Positions 1 through 13,760 of a DNA stretch of 64,000 nt are shown one piece after another. The notes beneath the pieces were generated by a model. It was not told the DNA's origin and did not search any database. It saw nothing but the letters and a program-made list of their open reading frames with translations. Source of the stretch: Lama glama. Lineage: Eukaryota. The first letter of the stretch is position 1, and the number at the start of each line of letters is the position of its first letter. The stretch covers positions 58,158,001 through 58,222,000 of the forward strand of contig CM052817.1 of assembly GCA_028534125.1 (NCBI GenBank), written 5' to 3'. The translations under genes were made by a program, and so were the position numbers.

Positions 1-3000
1 TAATCTGTTTAGGGCACTGTCTTTAGGCAAATATTATCATCTCTACTTCAGAGATGATTCAGCTAAAAGATTAAAGGACTTGCTCAGAGTCCTACAGCAC
101 CCTTCATATTTTTATATGGCGTTTCTATCACAAAGTAAAAATGCTTACCGTCTTCCTCAAGGAATATGTGTCAGGGAGCTATACTCCTGTGGGGTAAGTT
201 TAAATTATTTCTACATGTCTTGCAGGAAGTCAGTGGCACAGCTGTATATAAAACCTAAGACATTTGACCCTGGGTAACTTTGAACTTTTCTCTTAGTATC
301 AAAAGCAAACATTGTGAGTCATTTTAGTATAAATCAGTGTCTTTCTGAAACCTTCGAGAGAGAAAAGGTGTCACAGATCATAAAATATGAAATAGAAACC
401 ATGAGTGAGTGAACTGCTTCCTAGTCTTTAGAATAGTTGAAGTATTTATCCTTTAACAATATAAAAATTACACATATACATAGAACTGTCATTAGGAAAT
501 CCATATTTTGAATATTCTTGGAAGCCTTATCAGAAGTTTGGTTTCTTTAGGGGTTTCTCATCTATCCTAAGAATCTCTGATTTGTCTTCATGTGAGGATA
601 TAGGCAGAACGGCAAAGTTTGCTTTTTTGTTTTCTGTTTTTGCTGTTTTTCACTTCTCTCATCCTCTGTTGCTTTGTATCCTCAAAGCACAACTTTGCAG
701 CATGAGATTTCCTCATTTTCCTTCTCATGGTGCACCAGAAGCCTCTTTTGTGTGGTAGATAAAGTCTACAGGCCGAGCACCTACTCTTTCTTTGTATCTC
801 TTTCTGCATCCTTTTCCCCTTCTCTTTGCTCTGATAATCCAATAAATTAATATTCCTTACAGTTTTACTGACTGCTAATAGATAAATGCATCTTAATGAC
901 TGTTAATGGCTTAATCTGCAACACCTCCTGGGTAAAATATTTGCATTTTAAAAGGGCTTTTTACAATCATAACCTTATTTAAATAGATGGCTCAGTGTGA
1001 GAATCTAAAACTTGTTGACAGATCACTAGGGAGAAGCACCATTTTAGATTTTTTTACATTTTAACATCTCTCAGAACAAAGATACAGTCTCAAAATTGGT
1101 GTGATAAGACGCTCACTCATAGGATAATTGGAAGCATTCTTTTTTCATTCTTAGTGATGTGTAAAATAACATGTCTTGATATGAATGATGTTTTAGATTT
1201 GATGAAATATGGTAGCTATATATTGCCACCCTTCAAACTATGCCCTGTGGTAGGTGGTAACAACCTCCCTTATTACACTTCACTCTCACAAACTCACTCC
1301 TACGTAAACTGAGTACACATAAATAAACAAATATTCCTGCACCACTAGACTTTGGACATTTCTTAATTGGCTTCTGTAGAAGCTTCAGTTAAATTTGAGA
1401 GTATTTTATGTTTTTTTGGCCATATTAAGGAAGTTTCACAAACTTGGTTTAAGAACGTTTCTAAGAAATCTGCACTGAAAGTGATATTTTTATTTATGAC
1501 ATTCATTTGCTATTTTTAAAAGTGTCTTTTATAATACTTTGATTCCTTTTGTTCTGTCTCACTTTGCTTTGAGAGAGAAGTGATAAATATGAGTAAATAC
1601 CGTGGATGAATATAGTGTCTTGAAGGACTGGCTATCCTTTCAAAGATGAAAAGGCTTTGTATCTGTAATTACTGATCATGTGATACACAATTTCAAATAA
1701 AAGAGTGTCGTTCTTTCTTTTTGGAAGACATTAGAAACAATTGCAGAATAAAAAGCAAGCTCATCAACAACAAAAAAATCAGTCAGAAAATTGGCTAAAA
1801 TTCAGCTCTTTGTGCTCTTGAGACTGAAAGCTGTAGCTGAAAGAAAGCTCTCCAATTTTCTACCATGCAAATCCATTGCTTCTTTTAGATTGGTTTACTT
1901 TTAGATTGGTTTACTCTTTTGAAGCAGTTAAGTAGTAGCATTACTTCCAAGAAAAATATTTATTTAAATAATTCTTTGCAAATTCTGCTAATTTATTCTT
2001 CCTGCCTCCCACTCTACTCCATTGCCCTCCCCTGTACCACCAGCTTGGGTTATGAGGTATGGATACTAATATATGTAGCTCTATGGTGTCTTTTACTTTT
2101 GTTTCCTTTCAAGTTTAAAATTGGGTAGTGAAGATTTAAGGGCTTTCAAAATTGGAATACCAGTCATTTTCACTAGTGACAATGAATATGTACATTTTCA
2201 GTGTTCTTTGTGAATGCACAGGGTTTTGTCATCATAGTATTATATTTAGAATATTTTCAAAGGTTTGGAAGTAAGGTTGAGTTTGACAGAGCCACTGTTA
2301 TGCATATATTTTTTCAGTTGCAGAATAAATTTGAAAATACAAAGAACTATTATTTTGATGGAATTATCATTATGCATAGCACTTAGTAAAATTATAAACT
2401 CACTAGTAACTGTGAAATGTTATTATTAAACCATTAGCTCCTTCTTGATATCTCAGCCTGGATTAGTATTTTTCAGATTAACAATTTTCAAAAAGAATTG
2501 ACCTGAGTAAGTGAGAAATAGGCTAGGTGACTGTTACTATCAGAGTAGAAAAAAATCTGATTAACCTGATGCAGTGCTGATGAGTAATTGCAAAAGAAGG
2601 TTGCTACAAGCAAATAAAGAGGGTTTGAGAGGGTGTGGACTCAGAAACAAATTTTATCTTCTTTATATTTTTGCCTAGGGTTAGCCCAGGGGTGTTGGAA
2701 ATGAATGGCTGGCCTGTGGCTGACAGCAGTGTTGCAAAAATTAACATCATTTTAACATACCAATCTGTACCTTTTGAACTCTTTGACTGCATTTTCAAGT
2801 GAAACTAAATCCTTTAACTGCCGTGCTGTTACAATAAGGAAGGTGTGTATATAGAAGGTGCCCACGAAAGCCTGTCAGACCAAGGCTCTGTGAAATGTGG
2901 TTTTGTCAAGAAAGGCACCTGTGAGTCTATTACAAGTACAATACAGTGTGGTCTATAATGAATCGCCATCCCTGGAGAGCTCTTAAAATAGAATAGACAG

Positions 3001-4169
3001 CCAGGTCTTTGGTGGTTTAAGCATTAAACTGCCTAAAGGAAAGAATCTCCTCAGATGACCTCCCAATGCCCCTTTTAGCTTTTTAATTCCAAGTCTGAGA
3101 TGGTTGACTTATGAAGTGCACTGAGTATATAAATGTGTGCAAGTTTGTTTAGTGTGAATATATAGATATGTGTGTATATGTATATATGTATATGTAAAAA
3201 CATACACATAGTTACTTTATCTATGTTCAATATTTTTATGTTCCTTTTGCTTACTCTGCTACTATGTGCAAGATTTATTCTCTCTTTCCATATATTTGCT
3301 TCATATGCAAAAATATATTACTTTTGCAGTTGGATGGCAAACATGTGTGGTGGTTCTTGAAGGTTTAGTTTCCTCATGGAATGATTTTATTACTGAGATT
3401 TTCCTGACAGATAACTATGTGTGTCTGTTTAATTTTAAATATTATTGGCAGAGGGTGAAAGGAATATTTTCAATATAATATGAGCTTTATTGTTTACTAA
3501 GAGAAAAATGTGGAATATATAGTTTAATATGGTGACACATGATTTTTATAGTTACCACTAAAAAAGGAGCATGTGGGGGTAGAATCAACATCTGCTTGCA
3601 TTTTGTTGTTGTTTGTGGAACAATAAAGGCTTTTCTGGAATAGTTTTTCTGATAGAGGCATGAGACTACAGAGAATTAAACCTTTATACACTGTGATTTG
3701 GCTTTAATTTTTAATGACTACAGTTGGTCAAAATGATAAAGTACAGAAAATGCCATGTGGCTTAGCAAGCACATCTACAACAGTGAATAAAACCACCTAC
3801 CTCAGGATCAGACACTAACTAGAGAAAGGACTCCTCCCAAAGAGTAAATATGAGCATTCCTATCCATATTTGCATTCGTGATGAAAAGCAGTCTGCTCCA
3901 TTGTGACTCCCGTGACAGTCATTGTGGGGAAAGTTCAACGCCTTGTGCATTGTTGTGTTTAGAACCACCTCAGGAGCTGTTTCTTGATAATGAGTTTATC
4001 TGTCCACAAGGAGCTGGTCATGGTCAGAAGACAGAGATTTCATCAAAATGCAGAGAATTGCTCACAAGTGTTTGCTGCTTTTACTTACACTAAAGGGCAA
4101 AACTTTTCATTTCTCAGCTCTCCAATAATTCCTCCTCACATTTCAGTATCACAGGAGCTATTCATAGGT

Positions 4170-4422
4170 GTGTGTGTGTGCACGCTTGATTAATTCACAA
4201 ATTCTAAAGGGCAGGCAATTCTTGGCCACTTGCTCGAAGACAATACTGATAGTATTTCACTTAGCTCAAACCCTATTTTGTCCTGCATTTGCTGCTTTTG
4301 CCAAACTGCCATCTGGTTGCTCTGTCGTCTCTCGTCAGCTCTTCCGTGATTAGGAAAGAGCACTTCTTTGGGCAAGATGCTAGGTGCAGCTGTTAATAGG
4401 AACCAAGGATTTCTTCCTGGTA
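4170..4422 (-). pseudogene. Candidate fossil exon (inside ORF 4190..4567)
   Basis: Acceptor cattttgttccaag|ta (phase 1). VPGRNPWFLLTAAPSIL...RRQSNQMAVWQKQQMQDKIGFELS, then shifted K*NTISIVFEQVAKNCLPFRICELIK. Confidence 0.45.
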
Positions 4423-4846
4423 CTTGGAACAAAATGGTTAGCAGCAGCAGCAGCAACTTGAAAATAGAAAATTTGAAACTCTGCTCATAAAATACATAAA
4501 ATGTTAAGCTTTTATAGCTAATACAAATTGAAAAAGAACACCAAAGTTTATGCTCTGTTCTTAACAAAAATCAAAAAAATTGAGTGTTATATCTAAAAAT
4601 ATTTAAGGAACATTGCTTTGCCTATAATTTATGGTTTCTCTTTGGGATAGCTTGATTGAGCAGTGATTTATGTTTATAACTTACTAAACTGTTACAGGAC
4701 TTATAGAAAAAGTGGAAGACATGGCTGGGCAAGCCCTCCCAGTGTAGAGCTCCCTAGAAAACTATTGCCTGATACTGCTTAGAGTCCATAAATGAGGCCT
4801 CTTTTTCATTATGTCTCTGCCTATTTTGTAATTGTATTGGTCTGAG

Positions 4847-5302
4847 TGTCGGGTGTACAACTGGTGTGAAACCTGTCCACCAGAATGATATAGGTAGTCA
4901 GAAAGAGGTTATTTGCCCCCAGTGCCTAAGCCAAGTTAACCTGGATTGCCCGGTCCTTTGTTGACCAGCATCATTTAATCCATGGTCAAAATAGTGAAGT
5001 GGGAGTTACCAAGAGAAAGTAGAAAGACTAGAGGGAGAGGCAGTCCTATTACTACACTGGGGGAGTGCTTAAAGGACATGATGGAGAGCGTGAGGGGGCT
5101 TGCTCTTAACTGGCCTTTAACTCATAGTGACTGCACCCACTTATGGAAAGCATCCCAGCAACACCATAGGTTCTGGATGGTCAGACATCTCATATCTGGG
5201 CAAGGAACTGGTAAAGAGTTAGGAGAGGGGCTGATAGTGTTTCCTCCAACATTCTCCTCTAATGAAGGGTGGAAATTCCATCATTCTTATAAAGTGGCAA
5301 CA
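4847..5302. mobile_element. Putative solo LTR (456 bp), family unassigned
   Basis: Starts TGTCG, ends CAACA, flanked by 4-bp direct repeat TGAG (4843-4846, 5303-5306); GC-richer than flanks. Confidence 0.5.
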
Positions 5303-5656
5303 TGAGGATTCATCACAATAACTCTTCCTGCCTTTAAGAAATTTACAGTTTTTTTTTGGTGAATCCAGACAAATAAAACCAAAGCAATAATAAATCGTAT
5401 TTCCCCACGTGGAATAAAGAGCTAAATTGTGGTTTGTAGAATATGGGTATTTTCTACTCTACATTAAAAACATTGGCATTGAGTTAGGCTATATATAAGG
5501 AATTGTCTCTCTCCCTGAATTTGCCAAAACCAACAGGAAAAAGACTCCCACTAGTTATAAAGGTATAAAAAGAACAGAATGGAGAGAATATGAAAAGAAA
5601 ATAAAAGCACATCTTATTAATTTATTCAATAAACATTCATTTTTTTTTTATTTTGA

Positions 5657-5900
5657 GAAGCAGTATTGCAATAGAGGTTGTGAATTTCAGCTTTGGAGCC
5701 ATCGAGTCCTGGTTTTGAATTCTACCATTGCTGCTTCACTGTAGTTTTATGACCTTGAAAAACATAACTAACATCAATAAGACTATTTTCTTGTGTGAAA
5801 GTGAGGATAATAATAGCACTTAAGGATTAGGATTGTTGTCAAGAAAATATGCAGGTCACCTAGTGCAGGGTTTCTGGCCCATAACAGTTACTAATGAAGA
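5657..5900 (+). mobile_element. MIR SINE
   Basis: ctttggagcc...ggttttgaattctacc...tgaccttg...aaagtgaggataataatagc matches the MIR core. Confidence 0.7.
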
Positions 5901-7364
5901 TAATTTACATTGCCAGTACTGGATGAAACAGAATAGGTGAAAATCTCTCCTTCGAGTGGAAGGTGGTTTGCTACAGTAGGAAGTTAGTTCAATTTTTAAG
6001 TGTTGTATTTCTAGAGGATCAGGTCTGAATAAAAAGAAAGAATAATTTTAAAGTGTACGACTAATATTTTCCTTCATGTCTTGAAAGTATGTAGACATCT
6101 ATAAAATAAAAACGAGAACACACTTTTTTTTTCTTTCTGGAGGAAAGCGTGTGTAACACAAATGGCTAAATCTTAGAATAAATTTTATTAGGATGCCTGT
6201 TACCACTGCAGCATACAAATGACACCCCATTGAGAGCCTCAGGAGCAACTCATGTGTACTGAGGGCAGCAGGGTATCATTATTTTCTAGTAAATGGTAAG
6301 TTTATTGGTAAAAAAATAAAATTGATATTCTTCAGGTGAATGTGTAAGGAACCATGGATGCATAATTCTGAATAATAAGACTAATTCTAACTGTCATATG
6401 AGAGACCTAGTCTCCTAAAGCCACCCTCAGGGCAGCGCCAGGTCTATTTTGTTCACAGACAAATCTCAAATTTATAACATGTTCCTGCCAGTTAGCTGGT
6501 GTTCAGTACATTATAGAGTTGCTAAGTGAGTGAGAAATCTATGGTCGTACTTCATATGTTGTACTGCCTAGAGGGCCACTTCCTAGTACAGTGGTAAGGA
6601 CATTGAATTTGGAATTGAAGAGCTAAGTATGAAACCAAGAGATCTTGGAGACATTTTTCTGCTCAAGAAATTATTTTGTAGATTAAGATAATAGAGACAA
6701 AATCATTTGGAGAACTATAAATTTGCAGTTCATAGTCTTGAAAGTTATTACTCCATTTGATCCCCTGATCCTGTAGTTTTACCTATTGCATAGTTCTTTA
6801 ATCTCATTTGTACCTGTACTCTCTTGAGTGCTATCCGAGAAAGCCACTTAACATTATTTTTGCTCAATAACACTAATATTCCAGTTATTTTTAAATACAG
6901 GTCATTAAAAGCTTAGAACACTTCTGCTTGCTGGAAGATATTCGTGCATTTTAAAAATGTACCTTACCTGATTTAAAAAAATATATATATATATAAACAA
7001 GAGAAAGAATAGATGAGGAAAATGTCCTTTAGTGTTTTCAATAAACTCCCTAAAAGTCTGGTGCCTAGAACAAGGAAGCTAAAGTTAAAGATACACACTA
7101 GAAACTTTGAAATCAGAGACTTTGATTTCATTCTCTATATAATGTATTAGGTGATCATGATGGATATTTAAAATGCTTATGCATGTAATAGTTACTGTAA
7201 TAACTGTAAATTTATGACAGTCTGTCGTTCATTCAGTTTAAATTCATTAAGTTTTTATGGAATGTGTTGGTGTATTAATTTGGGTGGTTTTTGTATGTCC
7301 AGTGGATCAGTAGTCACAGTATGATGCCTTAGGAAGACAAGAGCTCCCTGGTTTTTATTCTAGG

Positions 7365-7590
7365 ACAGCGACATCATGGTGAAAAGATTTTTGTTTGGAA
7401 TAAACAGCCTCAGTGAGAATTCCAGCCCACTGAGTTATCAGTAACTTAATTTTGTGCAGCTTATTTAACCTAAGCCTTAATTTTCTCCTCTAAAAGTGGG
7501 CATGCTATTGTCTATGCTGTACCACTGTTATGAAGATTAAGTAAAATCATGATTGAAGGGCAGTTGGTGAAGTATCCAGCATATAAACTA
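7365..7590 (+). mobile_element. MIR SINE
   Basis: gaattccagcccac...ttatttaacctaagccttaattttctcctctaaaagtggg...gttatgaagattaa. Confidence 0.7.
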
Positions 7591-8359
7591 TAGTTAGTAA
7601 CTGACAGCTCTTGTTATTTACATACTTGTTAGTTTGAACTTTATTAGTGGTACTTATATAGATAAATAGATCAGTTATGTATACTGCATCTTACTATACT
7701 TTAAATGACTAGAGGTTGAGACTTAATGGTATTTTGAATGTCCCCCAGCTTTAAAACATAATTCTTTAAAGTCTGAATTCAGCTAAACCACTTGTACTGT
7801 GTATATACAAAGTTGGTTATGTAAATATAGAATTTATTGAGCTGTGGAATATATGATCTCATTTTTTGGTTTTGATTTATACTATTACTTTGTGACTGGT
7901 TAATAGCTGGAAGGCCAAAGTTCAATGGGTTGTTTAAATAAAAGTGCACTTTGTTTTTCAAAAACTGAAAAAACATGAAAGCTCTAAACTTACTAGCTAA
8001 ACTAACAGCAGATCAGAAAAACCTTATATAGCATAAGAGGAAGTAATTCTTACAGTCTTAGTATAATCTTAGTAATTTGATTACTCTTATGAAGAAAATC
8101 TAGAAATTGTCTTCTTAAAGTGCACTAAGTTTTGTGAATTTCAGGAATGTAGGAAATGTTCTCATAAAATATGACTAAGGTTGAAATGAAAACACTGTAT
8201 TGTCAATGCTAACTGCCTTAAAATAATCAATGAACTATCCCAAATCGAGTTGTTTTTAGCCAGCTTTTAGGTGTATATTTTTAAAATTAGTTTATAGGCA
8301 TTCCTATCACCATTTAATAAAAGAGAAGCTTTAAAAAATTCAGTACTCCTAGCCCACTG

Positions 8360-9138
8360 TTTTATACTTCCAATAGCTGAAGCAATGATGTATAAAGTAT
8401 TTGAGCATTTGAAGTAACTAGCTTTTTCAGAGGCAAAGGTGAAATATGAGTTGCTGTAACATACCGGATTGGTACTATGTTATAATAGAAACAGAAACAG
8501 ATTTTAAAAATCTTTCTATACCATGGTGAAATGTTTTTTGACACTTGCTGTTGCAAAATGAGACCCTATGGGAGGTCTAACATGAAACCTCAGTCAACTT
8601 CTTCTTGGCAAATTTCAACTCTAAAAGGATTCAGCTTTTGCAGAAAACTTCAATGCACCATCTACAGTTAGCACTAGAAGAGATACTTATTGACCTTTAA
8701 ATTTCAAAGAACTATTTCAAATCAATCATGTAAGAGACCTTTTGATAGTAATGCACAAACACATCTGTCCAAAAAGAGCTCTGTCTTTGAAAAAAGTGAT
8801 GAAGAATCAATAGATTCTTTTCAGAAATATCTATCTGCAAGATTTGTATGAACAAGATAGTTTTAACTAGCATAAAAGCCCTGCAACCTTTTAGATTATT
8901 ATAATCTTTCCATTTACTGTGACTATCTTTATGTTATCTTTAGTTTGATTACAACTTTAAACTCATTTTCCAACAGATTCATCTTTTACTTAGAAAAGTT
9001 CAAATTGTCAGTCTTTTTACTAATCTCTTTATGTACCTTTGACTTTTTCAAGAGTGTCTGATAACAGAAATTCAGAGATCATCCTGATCTTTTGTAAGGA
9101 ATCCATTGATGTATCTGCTGAAATCAGCAATCTTCAGG
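8360..9138 (-). pseudogene. Fossil exon with about two repeats
   Basis: Weak acceptor atttttaag|cc. SADTSMDSLQKIRMISEFLLSDTLEKVK / KVHKEISKKTDNLNFSK*KMNLLENEFKVV / DSHSKWKDYNNLK; then SFWTD / CVCALLSK...NLKVNKYLF...FRVEICQ...SPWYRKIFKI. Confidence 0.58.
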
Positions 9139-10504
9139 CTTAAAAATACTGATTTTGAAATAGGTTTGTAATTTTAATGTTTTACTTTCTTTTCCTGAGA
9201 TTTCTAAACTTAAAAATAACATTTTAACATAGAAAATTTAATTAAAATATCATAAGCCAAATTCATAAATATTGTAACATTTATTATATTAATGCTAGAA
9301 GAGAAGAATTGATTTTTCAAGTCATATTGAACTTCTGCTTATTATTTCCCTTTTGTTCAAATAAAGAAGGTCTAAATTCTATAATCATATTTGCTAAAAA
9401 TCCTAGTTAATTATTTAATTACTCCTTTTGTTCTCCCCAAAAGTATTATCCAACTTTGGTCTAATCAAACTTACTTTATAATTGCTACTATGTTTAATAA
9501 TTTTGTTGAAATGAGATAAATTTCATGATTAATAGAAACAATATTTTATAATTAAAAATTTATGCAAACCCAACTGTACTATAACTAACTTTTCCACCCC
9601 TCTCCTTTTCCTCTTTTTTAAAGGAAAGTAAAACTGAACAAAAAAAAAATGTATGAGGGAGACTTAGGATAATCAGTGCTAAATTCATTCAGTATAGTAC
9701 TTTTTCTTAAACAGTGAACTAATTTCAAATATACTAATTGATAATAGGCAGAGCTTTGGTTTCCAAGACTCTGAACTACTGGTATTTAGTCTTTGTCAAG
9801 CCTAAAGATGCAGTTAGTATAATATACTACATTTTGTGTAGTTTGGAATACCCTCTGGCTCCTGTATGAATGACAAGTCCCTTTGTATTTTTCCATACTT
9901 GTGTTGTTTTGCTTTTATGAACTGTTAGAATTAATTGTTCACTTATTGTTTTTTAAAACAGTGATAGGTTTGGAACACTGCATGTTATGAATTTGTATGT
10001 GTGTATTAGTCAACACAATAGGCCACTCATAATGTTGCTACGGTTTCTTCTTTATCATACACTGGGCTATAATCCTTCTGAGTTTTATTTTTCAGAAACT
10101 AAGAGCAATAGCAAGGCAGAATTCCTCAGAACTGTAGGGTCATTAAGTCCTACCGCTTGTAAAAGTTGTGAGCTTGGATTTTGATTGATTTTTGTGTTCA
10201 TATTTATTTACAGTAATAATAATTACCTTATGTTGAAAATGATGTGCCAGTCTTCTTACGTACATTATTCCTGATGCTTATCAACCTTGGTATTTGCTTC
10301 TCTCAGGAAAAAAACCTGGATTCATTTAAATACTTTGCTCAATATTGCATAGCAAGTGGAAGAATAAGGGTTCACATTCCTGGTGTCTGATTCCAACACT
10401 GTTTCTTCATTACAGTATTAACTCTGCCCCGTCACTCCCACCTTAACAGACGCATACACACACACGTGCACGCACACACTTCCGTTCTGACTACTGGTAG
10501 CCTA

Positions 10505-10800
10505 TTACTGGATAGATGTATAGTGCGAAACACATGTGTAATTTTAAGTTTTATAGTAGCCATTAAAAAGTAAAAAGAAACAGGTGGAATTATCTGTAAT
10601 AATACATTTATTTAACCTAATATATCTAAGATATTATCATTTCAATGTGTAATCAATATAAAATTATTAATGAGACTTTTTTATTACTAAATTTTTGAAA
10701 TCGGTATGTATTTACACTTAAACACATCTCAGTTTGCACTAGTCACATTTAAATCGCCAGTAGCCATGTATGGCTGGTGGCTATTGTATTGGAAATTGTT
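10505..10800. mobile_element. MER33-like hAT-Charlie DNA transposon
   Basis: tagtagccattaaaaagtaaaaagaaacaggtg...gccatgtatggctggtggctattgtattgga resembles MER33. Confidence 0.85.
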
Positions 10801-13244
10801 GGTTAAGATTAGCATTAGGGATGGTCAAAGAAAGTTTGGATCAAACAAGTGTAGACATATAAGGAATATGTAAAACTTGTTCTGAGTCCTTAAAGTTTAG
10901 CAGAGTTTATGTAGTTGGAAGGAAAGAATATCTAACAATAAGGACTGCTAGATTTTAAAACATAACTTACTGAAATGATCATAATAGTTCCAGCTGTCGA
11001 GCAGATTACCAGTTTGTAATATATTTCATGTTACTGTTAAGGATGGTCACTATGCAGTTTAAGGAGTGTGATAATGGTCATTCTTACTGTATTTTCTGAG
11101 AACATTGGACAAAACATTTCCAAAAGAATATTCAGCCGAATGGTAATTTTTCATGTTATTATTGAGGAAATAGAATTTTTCGGTTTAAGTAAGTGTCAAC
11201 AACTAGATAACCCTGCTGGGTGAGTCACAAATACTAAATTTTCCTGAGTGTCTTGTAAAGAAACCTTTCTAATTTTGCATAATCCACTCTTTCCAAACTT
11301 GCTGGGCTAAGGAGTCTGATTGTGGAACATATAACTTGAGAGCACTACACTAATGTATTTTTCTACTTTAGCCAGTCTATGTAAGATGTTCATGAAGAGT
11401 GTTTTATCACTACTTCCAGAATTTAGGAATACTTTAATTATGTCTTTCTAATTACATACCCAATCTGTCATATTTGGTTAGATGATGACATTTATTCATT
11501 TATTCACTGAAATTACTACCTATCTTCTCATCTATGGAAATGTATTTTTCGTGAACCACAGCTGCTTATGTGATTTCTAATGACTATTGTAAATTGATAA
11601 ATGACAGGCACAGTATTTTGCTTGTACCTCATTACATATTCTGTAATTTAAAAGGCCCAGGAATATTTGTAATCTGTGTTTGAATATCCACTGGTTTTTA
11701 ACAGATTTTCAAAAAAATATTACAGGGAACTCTAAATTTTTCATCATGATTATATTTTTTAATTTTAAAATTAACACTCTCAAAGTACTTATTTACAGTT
11801 TGTCTTCAGTAACAACTATGATTTCACAGGTAGATACTCTTTTGTAGAGACAGGATAAAATGATTTGCCACATGACTTTGCTTTAAATATTGTTTGTTAC
11901 AAAGCAGTTGATTTTTCTTTTTTATGTATTGTTTTAGGCTCTGTATTGACAATATATGAAAATATTTGTCTGATATCAGTTTCTGTTCTTCTTATTTTGT
12001 TTTTCCAGAAGATGCCCAGAGGCCTTCCTGTGTTAAGCAGTGGCGCTCATTACAGTTTGGACAGTCTTTCTGTTCCTTATTATTTCCCTTCACTGTATGA
12101 AGCTGTAAAGGCTGATCCACTGAAACAGATAGCAATGTGGATACAAAAAAGAATAAATACTAAGTGTTCTGGTCATAAGAACTCAAGTGAGGGGCACCCA
12201 GAGCCAAACCTAGCACAACGGCATGGATTTGCCCTTGGAGCACCCTTCTTTGAAGTACTGGCATAGACAGGGATCTGGGCAAATGATACCAAGATTTAGC
12301 AGTGAGCGGCAGAGTAGGGCAGATGATGGAGGAGCAGAACCCGCAGCATCCAGCACTTAGGTTAAGGAGAAGTGACAGCAGCCTAACCACACCAGACTCT
12401 CTTGCATGAAGTGGATGTCTGGCTGTGCTCCTCTTTGAACTGCCTATGTTCTGATTATCAGAGGAGTCCATGAAGCAAAACTCCTCAACTTTTAGCTAAG
12501 GACCTTGCTTAAATTATAATAGTATCTTTCCTATGAATCTAATCAGTGGGATCCTAAGACAGTCCTAATTATACTTAAGAATTATAGAATGTACAATAAA
12601 GTATTTTCAGTGTGTATGGTATTTCACTTTGAATTTCAATCTTCCTTTACTTTGGGCCAAATTGAATCCTTAGGACTTCCTTTCCAAACTAAATTTCTCC
12701 GAATGATTAAGCTCATTGTGTTTGTCTATTGTTGATTTTAAAATTTTGGTATAATCCTATTTTAATCACTTAAAAAATTTATCTTTATCTGTGATCATTA
12801 AAGGCCTATCACATTTAATTTAATTTTTTTGCCTTCTAAGATTGAGTAAAACCATCTCATTTTATGGGGTTTTTTTGTTTTTTTAATTGGCATTTTTTTC
12901 CAAGTTAGTTTGTCTGGTATTATTAAAATTGCTGCAGCTTTCCTCTGTTAGTATCATGTTGTTTTTCCGTGGTGTCATCTTAATATAATTTAAAAAATTA
13001 GACTTCCTGCTTACTACCAACCAAGGGAATCTCTTCTTTGCCCATCCATGCTCTGTTTGCATTCTGTTTTGAATAGCCCAAGAAACAGCTATGTAGGGGA
13101 GAGGTCTTTTGTTAAAAAGAAGGAAATTGAACAGCCATTTCCCCTTTCATTCTTTGACCTGCACCTGCAAGCAAGTGGTCTACGCTTCAGTCTTGTCTGT
13201 TTACATTGTTTTAAGAACATCAGCTATTGTCTCAGAGAACTTAC

Positions 13245-13760
13245 CTTTGAAAAATCTATGCAAGTATAATGAAAAATTAATGCTTTAAAATTGACTGTGC
13301 ATTCAGCATGTTGTTTCTTAAGTTTGAATTATAAAGTTTAAATAATTGTCTTCATCTGTGTTGCTAATAACTATTTTCTGTGCAGTTTCAGGTATTCTGC
13401 TATCATTTCTTTTTTTTTTTTAACATTTTTTATTGATTTATAATCAGTTTACAATGTTGTGTCAAATTCCAGTGTTCAGCACAATTTTTCAGTCACACAT
13501 GGACATATACATACTCATTGTCACATTTTTTTCTCTCTGAGCTACTATAACGTTTTGTGTATATTTCCCTGTGCTATACAGTATAATCTTGTTTATCTAT
13601 TCTACAATATTGAAATCCCAGTCTATCCCTGCTATCATTTCTAATAACACATATGGCAAAACTCAATGATTGTTTGATTTTGTTAGGCAGTAGTTTCGAT
13701 AAGTGTAAGATATTTAAAATTATTATTTAAAACATTTCATTACTTATATTAAGCTTTAGT
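13245..13760 (-). pseudogene. Fossil exon interrupted by a young L1 insertion
   Basis: Removing L1 13411-13628 plus one TSD copy gives PYVLLEMIAEYLKLHRK*LLATQMKTII*TL*FKLKKQHAEC...DFSK, ending at strong donor aaag|gtaagt. 5' boundary uncertain. Confidence 0.6.
13411..13628 (-). mobile_element. Young 5'-truncated L1 3' end (camelid-type)
   Basis: Pure poly-T tail, L1 3'UTR, perfect 14-bp TSD ctgctatcatttct (13397-13410, 13629-13642), TT|AGAAA endonuclease site. Confidence 0.92.

Noticed and set aside
226..273. 48-nt + strand exon candidate
   Set aside because: Weak donor and MIR-like sequence context.
8360..9138. Resemblance to Mab-21/cGAS-like (MLVKTILF) or hAT dimerisation (TASVKKHF) motifs
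   Set aside because: Isolated short matches in different frames; the Myb/SANT-repeat reading explains more of the segment and recurs across the window.
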